DNA from: Mobula hypostoma
Lineage: Eukaryota
Direction: 5' to 3'
Assembly: GCF_963921235.1 (NCBI RefSeq)
Contig: NC_086097.1
Location: forward strand, 225,310,001-225,374,000
DNA: 64,000 nt
A program made the translations under genes and the position numbers. The notes beneath the pieces are model-generated. The model worked only from the letters and a program-made list of their open reading frames with translations. It made no database searches and was not told the origin of the DNA. Positions 11,803-24,749 of the stretch are shown here, piece by piece (positions within the stretch are counted from its first letter, which is position 1; each line of letters begins with the position of its first letter).

Positions 11803-12150
11803 AGTCATGAGAGGCATTGATAGGGTAGACTTCTAGAATCTTTACCCAGGGTATAAATGTTGACTGTTTGAGGGCATTGTTTTAAAGTAAGGGGGGGAAG
11901 TTCAAAGCAGATGTGTTGGCAGGTCTTTTCACAGAGTGTGGTAGGTGCCTGGAATGCACTGTCAGGGTGTAGTGGAAGTAGATACAACCATGTCGTTCAG
12001 CAGGTTTATAGATAGGAATATGAATATGCAAGGACAGAAGGAAATGGATCATGTGCAGAAAGAAGGGCTTAGTTAAATTTGGAATCATGGAAATGCACAC
12101 CAGGATCATAATGCGTGACTGGCCTGTGTCTGTTTGACTCAATGAAGAAT
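11803..12150 (+). mobile_element. CR1 3' fragment, decayed
   Basis: gatagggtagac...ttcacagagtgtggtaggtgcctggaatgcactg, a CR1 terminal motif. Confidence 0.65.
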
Positions 12151-12185
12151 GTACATAGTTCCTGCTCCAAATTCATGATCATAAC

Positions 12186-13912
12186 TGGAAAATCTTGCCT
12201 GATGAACCTGTTGGAATTCTTTGAGGAGATTATAAGTAGCATAGATAAAGGGGATGCAGTGGATGTTGTATATTTGCACCTTCAGAAGGCCTTTGATAAG
12301 GTGCCACACATGAGGCTGCTTACCAAGTTAAGAGCCCATGGTATTACAGGAAAATCGCTAACATGGTTAGAGCATTGGCTGATTGGTAGGAGGCAGCAAG
12401 TGGGAATAAAAGGATCCTTGTCTGGTTGGCTGCCAGTGACTAGTGGTGATCCGCAGGGAATGGTGTTGGGACTGCTTCTTTTTATACTGTATATCAATGA
12501 CTTCGATGATGAAGTTGCCAAGTTTGCAGGTTGAGTCAGTGGTGAGGAAAGCAAATGCAATGTTAGCATTCATTTCAAGAGGTCTAGAATACAAGAGCAG
12601 TGATATGATGCTGAAACTTTCTAAGGCACTGGTGAGGCCTCTTTTTGAGTATTGTGAACAGTTTTGGGCTCTTCATCTTAAGAAAGATGTGCTGACATTG
12701 GAGAGGATCCAGAGGGAGTTCAAAAGGATGATTCTGGGAGTGAAAGGGTCATCATATGAAGAACATTTGATGGCCCCTGGTCTGTACTCACTGGAGTTTA
12801 GAAGGATGATTGGAGGGACCTCATCGAAACCTTTTGAATGTTGAAAGGCCTAGACAGAGTAGATGTGAACATAGAACATAGAATAGTACAGCACAGCACA
12901 GACCCTTCAGCCCACAATGTTGTGCCGACCCTCAGACCCTGCCTCCCATATAAACCCCCACCTTAAATTCCTCCATATACTTGTCTAGTAATCTTTTAAA
13001 CTTCACTAGTGTATCTGCCTCCACCACTGACTCAGGCAGTGCCTTCCACCAACCAACCACTCTGAGTAAAAAACCTTCCTCTAATATCCCCCTTGAACTT
13101 CCCACCCCTTACCTTAAAGCCATGTCCTCTTGTATTGAGCAGTGGTGCCCTGGGGAAGAGGCGCTGTCTACCCACTCTATCTATTCCTCTTATTATCTTG
13201 TATACCTCTATCATATCTCCTCTCATCCTCCTTCTCTCCAAAGAGTAAAGCCCTAGCTCCCTTAATCTCTGATCATAATGCATCCTGGTAAATCTCCTCT
13301 GTACCTTTTCCAATGCTTCCACATCCTTCCTATAGTGAGGTGACCAGAACTGGACACAGTACTCCATGTGTGGCCCAACCAGAGTTTTATAGAGCTGCAT
13401 CATTACATCGTGACTCTTAGACTCTATCCCTCGACTGATGAAAGCTAACACACCATAAGCTTTCTTAACTACCCAATCCACCTGTGAGGCAACTTTCAGG
13501 GATCTGTGGACATGTACCCCCAGATCCCCCTGCTCCTCCACACTACCAAGTATCCTGCCATTTACCTTGTACTCTGCCTTGGAATATGTGGAAAAGATAT
13601 TTCCCATAGTGGGGGAGTCTAGGAGAAGAGGGCACAGCCTGAGGATTGAGATGCGTCCATTTAAAACAGAGATGCGGAGAAATTTCTTTAGCCAGAGGGT
13701 GGTGAATTTGTGGAATTTGTTACCACAGGCAGCTGTGGAGGCCAGGTCATTGGTTGTCCTTAAGGCAGAGATTGATAGGTTCTTGATTTGACAGGTATCT
13801 GCGGAATGGGGTTGAGGAGGAGAAAAAAGGATCAGTCATGATTGAATGGTGGAGCAGACTCGATAGGCCAAAGGACTAATTCTGCTCCTAAGTCTTAAGG
13901 TCTTATGGTCTT
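12186..13912 (+). mobile_element. CR1 LINE fragment, internally deleted and interrupted at 12869-13584
   Basis: GKSCLMNLLEFFEE...QKAFDKVPH; resumes at VEKIFPIVGESRRRGHSL; (cttatggt)n tail. Confidence 0.85.
12869..13584 (-). mobile_element. CR1 3' fragment nested antisense in CR1
   Basis: ORF 13032-13607 encodes YKTLVGPHMEYCVQFWSPHYRKD...SLERRRMRGD; (ctatgtt)n tail. Confidence 0.9.
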
Positions 13913-14312
13913 ATAATTCTAAAATCTGTGCATTACTTACTCAATGTCAACAAGGAGCTGATCATAGACTTCAGGAAAAGGAAACCGGAGGTCTATGAGC
14001 CAGTCCTCATCGGAGAATCAGAGGTGCAAAGGTAAGCAACTTTAAATTCCTAGGTGTTATTATTTCAGAGGATCTGTCCTGGGCCAGGCAGGAAAGTGAA
14101 ATTTCGAAGTAAACATGGCATTCTCTTCCTTACAGACAAGGTGGCAAGTAGGTTCACACTCTATGTTGGGGAACACCAGCAACTGCGTACAATGCCATTG
14201 TGGCATCATGGGTTAACTGTGGTGCAGTTCACAATGAAGTTGGAATATGTTCATACCTAATCCACTTGTTCACATCCATTGGTAATCATCTTTTCTGACA
14301 GAAAAAAGGTAA

Positions 14313-16415
14313 TGTTGTGTTCTTTATATTAATACATACTGTGGGTTAACAATAAAGAATCATATTCTGGAAGAATTAGAACTTTTATTTACAGCAACAA
14401 AACCAAACCATGTTTTTAGCAAGCTATGTTTCAGATCATTCTAACATTTCTGCGCATGCTCAGAACTCTCTCCAATCGCGTTCTTACACGTGATATCACC
14501 ACATCTTCCTTTCCTTAAAAAGAAAAACAATTAGCAACATTGACCATAATAAATGCATAATTTAATATATCTCTATCAATCTCTCTAGGGGTTTACGAAC
14601 ACAAGTAGACCTTCTAAGTGGTTCATACAGTTCTTGTGTTTCATTGTTATTTCCATGTTTTATCTGGTCTACATCAGTTAACTGAAACTCTGAAGTTGGC
14701 TCTTTCTTAAGGTCTTAGCGATTTTTTTCTTAACACTGCTCCTTCTTCTGTTTGGACCATGTATGATCTCGGTTGTACTTCTTCAAGTACTGTAGCTTTC
14801 TTAATTCCTTCACTTCCATTTGTAATGAAATACGAATCTTCTTTTCTTCATCTAATTCATTCATTAACTGTGTAATTTCTTTTTTATGCTGAGACTTCAT
14901 CATTTCAATAAAATGTCTCAATTCCTTCACTTGTGCTTTCACTTCTTCAATTGGATACTGATTCTTGTCACTGTCCAGGACTAATACACTTTTCACCAAA
15001 TTCAGTCTCTCACAGGCAGATACACCAAGTATTGACTGTACATTTTTTGGCACGACCACAAATGAAAGTGTGTGCACCACATTTTTGTGTGATACTTTTG
15101 CCACACATGCTCCTTTAACTGGAATGTCTGCACCTGAATACCCAGTCGCTTTTATATTTGTCTTAATGTAACTTTCGTCTTGGCTTTAATGCATTAAACT
15201 CAGATTCTGCAAGAACGTTTACTTGTGCTCCAGTATCAAGTTTAAACAGGATATTATTTTGGTTCACTTGCAATGGAATAGTCCAGTCATTCTTACTTCG
15301 TTTGTTTTCACAAAGCACATCTATATAAAACTCCTCAAGTTCACTTTCAAGCACTGCATTTACTTGTTTTATTTTCTTTCTACTTCTGCAACAGCGTGAA
15401 AAATTATTGCTCTTACCACAGTCATTGCACATTTTCCCATACGCTGGACACTTTTTTGGCTGGTGTTGCCCACCACAGCGATCTCATGACATCTTGCTCT
15501 CTGTCGGTTTCGTTGTCACTTCATTATTTTTTCTAAGATGTTCGTGCTTATTCACAGTATGTACATTGCAGTTCTTAATAAAAAGCTCTTTAGCCTGTGA
15601 CGTTACGGTTTCCGAAGCTTTGCAGAGCATCAAAGCTATTTCCAAATCCAAATCTTGTTCTCGTAACAGTCTTTCTCTCAGACCATTATCCAGAATGCCA
15701 CAAAGAATTCTTCCTTTAATGAGAGAGTTTATCAGTTCTGCAAACTCGCATGTTTTACTGCAGTGTCTCAACCCTGTAACAAATTGATCAATAGTTTTAC
15801 CAGTTGTCTGCGAACATTAAAAATATTTATACCTCTCATACGTCACATTATGCTTTGATATACAGAATGCTTCAAACTTCTCCATTATCGATTTTAAATT
15901 CAAATTTCCTCCATCTTCAAAAATAAAATGATTACATACCTCAATTGCTTCATCATCTATTACGTGGTGTGGAAGTGCAGCTTTCTTTTTTCGGTTTTTT
16001 TATCTGCTCTGACCACCGATAAAGAAATTTCAAAACACTGTTTGAATTTCCTCCAGTTCTCAGCTACATTCCCAGTCAACTGAAGTGCAGGTAGAGGTTG
16101 CAAACCTTCCACTTTTAAAACTGTTAGTAAACACCAAAACAGTTTGCGCTCTTTTTTCTTCGATTATCTTCGATTCTCCTGTATTCAGAAACGTATTATT
16201 CTTCCAGACTGACTTCTGACACCATGTTGTGTTCTTTATATTAAGATGTACTGTAGGTTAACAATAAAGAGTCATATTCTGGAAGAATCAGAACGTTTAT
16301 TTACAGCAACAAAATTAAACCACGTTTTTACCAAGCCATGTTCCAGATCATTCTAACATTTCTGCGCATGCTGAGCACTCTCTCCAATCATGTTCTTACG
16401 CATGTTATCACCACA
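14313..16415 (-). mobile_element. Non-autonomous Gypsy LTR retrotransposon (copy B): gag-protease-[SH3KBP1 fragment]-integrase C-terminal tail
   Basis: LTRs 16225-16415 and 14313-14503 (TG...CA); PBS 16212-16224 identical to copy A; PPT 14504-14516; gag with CDRCGGQH..CPAYGKMCNDCGKSNNFSRCC; protease FKLDTGAQVNVL; tail [20 protein letters not shown]; no clean TSD. Confidence 0.93.
14794..14966 (-). pseudogene. SH3KBP1: Captured SH3KBP1 (CIN85)-like mRNA fragment, C-terminal coiled coil
   Basis: [57 protein letters not shown] aligns with the recalled human CIN85 end [53 protein letters not shown]; closer to CIN85 than to its paralog CD2AP. Confidence 0.85.
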
Positions 16416-16440
16416 GAGTACATAAATATTTCTTTCATAT

Positions 16441-16720
16441 TTAGTCTAATGGTTAGCATGACACTATTACCGCTTGGTGTGCTCCAGAGTTCAAAGTTCA
16501 ATTCTGGCGCCATTTGTACATCCTCATTGTGGGTTTTATCCAGTGCTCCGGTTTCCTCCCACATTCCAAAGACATACTAGGTAGGTTAATTGGTCATTGT
16601 AAGTTGTCATATGATTAAGTTAGTGTTAATCAGGTTTGTCGGGGGTTGCTGGAACAGCATGGCACAAAGGGCCAGAATGGCCTGCTCCATGCTGTACTGC
16701 TAAATAAATAAACAAACAAG
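16441..16720 (+). mobile_element. tRNA-derived V-SINE-like element
   Basis: Decayed A/B boxes (tagtctaatggtt, gttcaattc), V-domain tgctccggtttcctcccacattccaaagac, (aaat)n tail. Confidence 0.65.
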
Positions 16721-17864
16721 TATTTACAACTTTTCCCTTCCTCTCGCAAACTATTCCTCTTCCTGATAGTCAGCAATTCTAAGATGCCGACTGTTCACCA
16801 AGAAGACAATGGAGAAGGCACCCTTGATGCGATCTGGCAGCCTCAGCCAAAAGCTTAAATTAGTACATGATTTAGCACTTGGTTTGTCCAATTGTTCACC
16901 TTCCAGAGGATTCCAGTGAGGATGCCCTTGGGTTGTCCAGGGATGAAATGTGAGGGAGACAAACTAGAGTTTTGGGACATTGGGAGGCCTACTGGAAAGC
17001 ATGTGTGAAATATTGAGGTACAGGGGCAGTCCAGCTCCAACCTTCTATTAGTTTGTGGAGTTAGAAGGCCATCTTATCCACCATAGAAATGGTGGCACTT
17101 TGGGGTCCTGGCCATCTGACAATACTGGTGACTGAGTAAATTTTCTATTACATTAAAGACTCTATGATTACTGGACTTATGTCATACCAGCTCAATTCAT
17201 CACACTATAACCCTAGATACCATTACTCAAAAAGGTCTTAAGGGTGTTGAGGCCAACTATCTGCCCTCTCACAAATTTTTGATTCATTGTCCAAAGGAAT
17301 TGGCCCTATAGATAATGAATCGGCTTTCCTCTTGTAGGATGAAGTCACTTTTGATCTCGCCACTGCTATTCTTCCAGCATGCTTGCTCTTGTCTGGCTAT
17401 TCTGGAAAAGCAAAGCAAGCAGGCTGTCTTCAATAACATATGAAGTATTCTTCACTAAAAATTGCTCGCTTCCCTTCAATATCCTGGTGCTCAGTATGGA
17501 GCTTAAATTTTCCCTCACAACAGTAGTAACTAGCCATCCTCTCCACCAATTCCACGCCCCCACTGTAAGACTTTCTCCAAGCTCCAATAGGTGTAACTTG
17601 TCCAGTTTATAAAGGGTACACCAACTCGGTTGGTCCTAATATCTCAAGGATCTGTGTCTTTACCATTGTATTCATCTTCACTATCTTCACAAGTAGCCCA
17701 ATGAAAATTGTAATTCTGATCTTCTCCTTTTCAACCTCTTTTCCAGGTTTTTAAATAAAGGTTCTTAAATTCCATCTGCAAGATCTAATCTTTTTTCTAT
17801 TCATGACATTAACACCTGTGGGTGAAGAAGTTACCACCCTGACAGTGGTGTCAAAAAAAACCAC

Positions 17865-18585
17865 TCCCTCAATGTCACACAAAAAGGAGCTAGTTGTGGA
17901 TTACAGGAGGATTGGAGACAAGCTAGCCCCTATTGACTTCAATGGATCTGGGGTTGAGAGGGTGAACAGCTTTAAGCTCCTTGGCATAAACATCACTGAT
18001 GATCTCACGTGGTCTGTACATACTGACTGTATGGTGAAAAAGACACAACAGAACCTCTTTCACCTCAGACGGTTGAAGAAGTTTGGTATGGGCCCCAAAA
18101 TCCTAAGAACTTTCTACAGGGGCACAATTGAGAGCATCCTGACTGTCTGCATCACTGCCTGGTATAGGAACTGTACTTTCCTCGATCCTCGGACTCTGCA
18201 GTGAGTGGTGCGGACAAACCAATACATCTGTAGATGTGAACTTCCCACTATTCAGGACATTTACAAAGACAGGTGTGTAAAAAGGGCCTGAAGGATCATT
18301 GGGGACCCAAGTTACCTCAACCACAAACTGTTCTATCTGCTACAATCTGTGAAATGGTACCACAGCATGAAGGCTAGGACCAACAGGATCTGGGACAGCT
18401 TCTTCCACCAGGCCATCAGACTGCTTAATTCATGCTGATACAGTTGCACTTCTATGTTATATTGTCTGTCCTGTTGTACATAGAATTTATCATAAATTAC
18501 CATAAATTGAACATTGTACATTTAGACAGATTTTTACTCCTCATGTATATGAAGGATGTAAATAATAAAGTCAATTCAATTCAAC
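17865..18585 (+). mobile_element. Rex1/Babar LINE 3' fragment
   Basis: KELVVDYRR...VERVNSFKLLGINIT...FYRGTIESILT; (caatt)n tail. Confidence 0.85.
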
Positions 18586-18599
18586 CTGAATGGATCAAA

Positions 18600-19056
18600 A
18601 CATAAATATGAGGGATTCTGCAGATGCTGGAAATTCAAGCAACACGCGTCAAAGTTGCTGGTGAATGCAACAGACCAGGCAGCATCTCTAGGAAGAGGTA
18701 GAGTCGATGTTTCGGGCCGAGACCCTTTGTCAGGACTAACTGAAAGAAGAGCTAGTAAGAGATTTGAAAGTGGGAGGGGGAGGGTGAGATCCAAAATGAC
18801 AGGAGAAGACAGGAGGGGGAGGGATGGAGCCAAGAGCTGGACAGGTGATTGGCAAAAGGGATATGAGAGGATCATGGGATGGGAGGCCCAGGGAGAAGGA
18901 AAAAGGAGGGGGGAACCCAGAGGATGGGCAAGGGGTATAGTGAGAGAGACAGAGGGAGAAAAAGGAGAGAGAGAAAAAGAATGTGTGTATATAAATAAAT
19001 AACGGATAGGGTACGAGGGGGAGGTGGGGCATTAGCGGAAGTTTGAGAAGTCAATG
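18600..19056 (-). mobile_element. Penelope-like element 3' end (pLTR)
   Basis: Same sequence family as 26430-26880; includes the IDFSNFR terminus and a mutated hammerhead motif at 18702-18737. Confidence 0.85.
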
Positions 19057-20207
19057 TTCTTAACCTTCATGACTAAACATATCATGAAGGATATATTTAT
19101 ATATTATATTTCATACTTCGCAGCAGTTCTGTACCATCCAGAGAAGAAGGGTACCATCGTGGAATCACATACAGTATGTAGCTGCAAGAATGTCTATCAA
19201 CCTCATAACTACAATATCTTTGTCCATATTACTTCCATACCAAAACTTTAAACGTGTTCTTACCACCACAGTGAACTACCTCATCCTGTTAAGTACTGTC
19301 CCCGCTTAGGGGCTCAACAACTGTAATATCACTGGAAGTCATATTTATTGGTCCCTCTTGTTGAAGGCAAAGCACACATCTTACTTGTGTTCCAGAAATC
19401 CAAGTCTGGATATTGTTCAGAATTTTCCACAAGCTGGCATGAATTCACCTTTACTGCCTGAGCATTGGTGCCTCTGAAATCTTGCTGAGGTTCCTCTTTG
19501 GAACTAGACTGAGAACTGAGCCAGTCAAGGCTTTGTCACGTCTTCCATTGTTGCCTCGTCCTCCTTCACATTTTTCTCTTTCACCTTCTCTTCTAGCTGC
19601 ACAGTTGAGGATGGACAATCATGGAGTGAGGTACCCCAGCAGCAATGTCATGAAGGCAATTGCACAATGGTCCAGGTAGAGTTATTTTTGTAACACTGCT
19701 CTCATTGTGAAAATCCTGCCATTTCTCTTGCATTTCTGACCAACTTGAAAAAAAGGAGGTCACACTCAGTCAGGTAGCACAGCATGGTGGTTGAAATATG
19801 GTAGCCAAAGTTGGCAGCAACAGTAGAGTAACCTGTAACCTGTGCAAGTGCCTGGATGTGGTCCATTTAACTCCTGTCTCTCTCATCTTTTTATTTGTGT
19901 GACTATTTTACTGACAGCTTATTTGTGTTTGCTATCTAATATGTGCTGTATGTGCCTTGCACCGTGAGTGGTACTATGTTTTTCACCTTGGCCCCAGAGT
20001 AACGCTGCTTCATTTGGCTGAGTTCATGGGTAGTCATGAATGGCTGAATGACAATTAAACTTGAACTTTACCTGAAATGCACTTTTTTCAGTAGCTTTTA
20101 CACTTTGTTCTGCATTGTTATGGTTTTACCTGATTCTAGTTCAATGCACTGGGCAATGAATTGATTTGTAAAAGCAATATGCAAGACAAGATTTTCGCTA
20201 TATCCTG

Positions 20208-20748
20208 TGTAACACCCTGGGAAAGGTTTCACCGCTAACATAATACTCTTCCTGTAGAAGCAGTGTTTGGGTTATGGTTAGAGATAACGGGTGCTTTTGG
20301 AATGTGAGCCGAGTCTTTTTGTTCAGTGGGAGATGGAGAGGGAAGATGCTAGAGAGAACCGGTTGTAGGATTTAACCCAGTGGGAGATCGTGACTTGATG
20401 GAGGAAGATGCTGCAGTCGACTGAGAATTAGTGAATATTACTTTTGGAAGGGTTGAGCTCCAGCTTGTGCACATTTGACTGTTAAATTATAATGGGCCCG
20501 TTTTGTTTTTTTTTCCTCTCTTTTCTTTACTAACCCTTTAGTTAAGATTCACAAATATAATTCCTTTAATCGTACGCAGAGTGCTGTCTGTTAATTCTTG
20601 GCACTGAGTTGTAACAGGGTAACAAATTACACAACATCCACACAAACCAAGGTTTGGGGTAGGAGAGCCGTCTCAATCTCACGGGTTTGGCGGGACCGGC
20701 GAGTGCATTCCCTAGACTTACGCAGCCAAGGAAACCAATGAAGTTTCA
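20208..20748 (+). mobile_element. Solo LTR (Gypsy-like) inserted in a LINE 3' UTR
   Basis: Termini tgtaac...gtttca; interrupts a LINE tail that ends in (ccaata)n at ~20795; flanks cctg/tttg are only a degenerate TSD. Confidence 0.5.
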
Positions 20749-21024
20749 TTTGGTATCCACTGTGACAATTATAAACCAATATCAATACCAATAGGTGAGT
20801 GCAAGTCATCATGCAGTCCTTTAAATGGAGGTCATTATATTCATAACGTCCCTTGCCGTACTGCCTAAAGACAAGGAGATGAATTTCTCCCTCTGTTAAT
20901 AGAAACTCTATTTCACTCTGGAAATTATAGGTGGGACATTCTTCAAGATGTGGAAAAATTGAAGGAAGGAATAAGGCTGTTTTAGAAGGGTTCCAAATTT
21001 CTACCATGCACAAAACAATCATAT

Positions 21025-21960
21025 GCTCAGTTCTAATCAACAAGCTCCAAAATGTGGGCTTCTGTACCTCCCTCTGCAACTGGATCCTTGACTTCCTCAC
21101 CAGGAGACCACAGTCAGTGTATATCATAAATGACATCTTCTCTTTGCCCACAATCAACAGTGGTGCACCTCAAGGATGCATGCTTAGCCCACCGCTCTAC
21201 TCCCTCTACACTCACAACAGTGTGGCCATTTACAAATTTGCTGATAACAGAACTACCACTGGCAGAATTTCAGACGGTGGCTAGGAGGTGTACGAGAGTG
21301 AGATAGACCAGCTGGTCAATGGTGACATGACAACAACCTTACTCTCAACTTAAGTAGGACTAAGGAATTGATTGTGGATTTCGGGAAGAGGAAGCTGAGG
21401 GAACACACATCAGTCCTCATCCAGCGATCAGCAGTGGAAAAGGTGAGCAGTCTCAAGTTCCCGGGTGTCAACATCTCTGAAGATCTATCCTGGGCCCAAC
21501 ATATGCAGTTAAAAAGAAGGAACGACAGCAGCTAAATTTCATTCGGAGTTTGGGGAGACTTGGTATGTCAGCAATTACACTTGTAAATTTCTACAGATGT
21601 ACTGTGGAGAGCATTCAAAATGGTTGCATCACCATCTGGTTAGAAGGGGCCATTGCACAGGATCAGAGGGAGCTGCAGAAAGTTGTAAACTCAGCCAGCT
21701 CCATCATGAAAAATAACCTCCTCAGCATTAAGGAAATCTTCAAAAGGCGATTCCTCAAGAAGGCAGTTACTAATATTAAGGACCTCCATCACCCAGGACG
21801 TGCCTTTCCTTCATTGCTACCATCAAGAGGGGTTACGAGGACCTGAAGACAAACACTCAACAATTCAGTAACAGCTTTTTCTCCTGTACAATCAGATTTC
21901 TGAATGGACAATGATCCCATGAACACTACCTCACTATTTTTTCCCTCTTTTTGCATTTCT
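21025..21960 (+). mobile_element. Rex1/Babar LINE fragment
   Basis: LCNWILDFLTRRPQSV...GAPQGCMLSPPLYSLYTH...KFADN; C-terminus IKDLHHPG..SLLPSRG. Confidence 0.85.
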
Positions 21961-21984
21961 TGAGTGATGAAACGGTGGAATTAA

Positions 21985-22185
21985 TTGCAATAGGCAGCTG
22001 TGGAGGCCAAGTCATTGGATATATTTCTGACAGAGATCGATAGATTCTTGATCAGTCAGGGCATGAAGTGATACGAGGAGGCACAGGAGACTGGGGTTGA
22101 AATAGAAATGGATCAGCCATGACGAAATGGCAGAGTAGACTTCATGGGCAAATGGCCTAATTCTGCTCCTATATCTTATGGTCTA
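21985..22185 (+). mobile_element. CR1 3' end
   Basis: gctgtggaggccaagtcattgg...ggcctaattctgctcctatatcttatggt terminus. Confidence 0.7.
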
Positions 22186-24749
22186 CTTATTTAATTTGTA
22201 TACATATACATATTGTAATTTATAAGTTTAAAACCAGAAGACCATAAGACATAGGAGCAGAATTAGGCCATTTGGCCTATCAAGTCTGCTCCGCTATTCA
22301 ATCATGGCTGATCCTTTAATTACCCCCTCAACCCCTGTTCCCGGCCTTCTCCCCGTAACCTTTGATGCCATGTCCATTCAAGAACCTATCAACCTCTGCC
22401 TTAAATACACCCAACAACCTGGCCTCCACAGCTGCCTTAGGTAACAAATTACAAATTCAACACCATCTGGCTAAAGAACTTTCTCTGCATCTCTGTTTTA
22501 AATGGACACCCTTCTATCCTGAGGCTGTGTCCTCTTGTCCTAGACTGCCCCACCATGGGAAACGTCCTTTCCACATCTACTGTCTAGGCCTTTCAACATT
22601 CAAAAGGTTTCAATAACATCGCCCCTCATTCTTTTAAGTTCCAGAAAGTACAGACCCAGAACCATGAAGCGTTCCTCGTATGATAACCCTTTCATTCCTG
22701 GAATCATCCTTGTGAACTTCCTCTGGACCATTTCCAATGACTTTTCTTATACAAGTAGCCCAAAACTGTTCACAATACCCAAGGTGAGGCTTCACCAGTG
22801 CTTTATAAAACCTCAGCATCACATTCCTGCTCTTGTATTCCAGACCCCTTGAAATGTTTGCCAAGATTGCATTTGCCTTCCTCACCACTGACACAAGCTG
22901 CAAGTTAACATTTAGGGGTTCTGCACAAGGACTCCTAGGTCCTTCCGCATCTCAGATTTTTGGATTTCCTTATCATTTAGAAAATAGCCTGCACATTTAT
23001 TTCTACTACCAAAGTGCATGACCACCCTTGCAACATTGTATTTCACTTGCTACTTTCTTGCCCATTCTTCTAATCCCTCTAAGTCCTACTGCAGCTGATC
23101 CGTTTGCACAACACAACCTGCCCCTCTACCAATCTTCGTATCATCTGCAAATCTGGCAACAAAGCCATCCATTCTGTCATCAAAACCATTGATATAAAGC
23201 ATAAAAATGAGTCCTAACACTGACCCCTGCGGAGCACCACTAGTCACTGGCAGCCAGCCAGACAAAGGTCATTTTATTCCCATTTGCTGCCTCCGACCAA
23301 TCAGCCAATGCTCTAACCACGTTAGTAACTTTCCTGTAATACCATGGGCTCTTAACTTGGTAAGCAACCTCAGGTATGGCAACTTGTCAAAGGCCTTCTG
23401 TAGGTCCAAATATACAAAATCTACTACATCCCCTTGATCTATCCTATGTGTAATCTCCTCAAAGAATCCCAGCAGGTTCATCAGGCAAGATTTTCCCTTG
23501 AGGAAACCATGCTGAATTTGTCCTATCTTTTCCTGTGTCACGAAGTACTTCATAACCTCATCCTTAACAATTAACTCCAACATCTTCCCAACCACTGAGG
23601 TCAGACTAACTGGTCTACAATTTCCTTTCTGCTGCCTTCATTTCTTAAAGAGTTGAGTGACATTTGCAATTCTCTTATCCTCTCGCATCATGCCAGGAAC
23701 CAGTGATTTTTGAAAGATCATTATTGATTCTTCCACAATCTCTAATGCCACATCTTTAGAACCCTCAGGTGCAGTTCATCTGGTCTGGGTGGCTTATGTA
23801 CCCTTAGGTCTTTCAGATTTTTGAGCACCTTCTCCCGTGTAATAGCAACTGCACTCACTTCTCTTCCTTCACAGACCACTGCTGTTCACTCTGCTAACCC
23901 ACGACTGTGCTGCAACACACAGCTTGAACCACATCATCAAGTTCACCGATGACACGACCGTGGTGGGTCTCATCAGCAAGAATGATGAGTCAGCATACAG
24001 AGAGGAGGTGCAGCGGCTAACGGACTGGTGCAGAGCCAACAACCCGTCTCCGAATGTGAACAAAACAAAAGAGATGGTTGTTGACTTCATGAGGACATGG
24101 AGCGACAACTCTTTGCTGAACATTGACGACTCCTCCGTAGAGATCGTTAACAGCACCAAATTTCTTGGAGTTCACCTGGCGGAGAATCTCACCTGGGCCC
24201 TCAACACCAGCTCCATAGCAAAGAAAGCCCAGCAGCGTCTCTACTTTCTGCAAAGGCTGAGAAAAGTCCATCTCCCATCTCACACCCCCCACCCCCCATC
24301 CTCACCACATTCTACAGAGGTTGTATTGAGAGCACCCTGAGCAGCTGCATCACTGCCTGGTTCAGAAATTTGCCCATCTTGGATCGCAAGACCCTGCAGC
24401 AGAAAGTGATGTCAGCTGAGAAGATCATCGAGGTCTCTCTTCCCGCCGTTAGAGACATTTACACCACATGCTGCATCCGTAAAGCAAACAGCATTATGAA
24501 GGACCCCAGCACACCTCATACAAACTCTTCTCCCTCCTGCCATCTGGCAAAAGGCACTGAAGCATTCGGGCTCTCACAACCAGACTATGTAACAGTTTCT
24601 TCCCCAAGTCATCAGACTTCTCAATACCCAGAGCCTGGACTGACACCAACATACTGCCCTCTACTCTGCATATTATCTTGTTTATTATTTATTGTAATGC
24701 CTGCACTGTTTTGTGTACTTTATGCAGTCCCGGGTAGGTCTGTAATCTA

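Noticed and set aside
14308..16420. TSD for Gypsy copy B
   Set aside because: Flanks are ggtaa and gagta, not a clean duplication; mutation or rearrangement cannot be resolved
16740..19800. Possible very old retroelement under the Rex1 and PLE insertions (16740-17860, 19056-19800)
   Set aside because: No diagnostic motif readable in any frame
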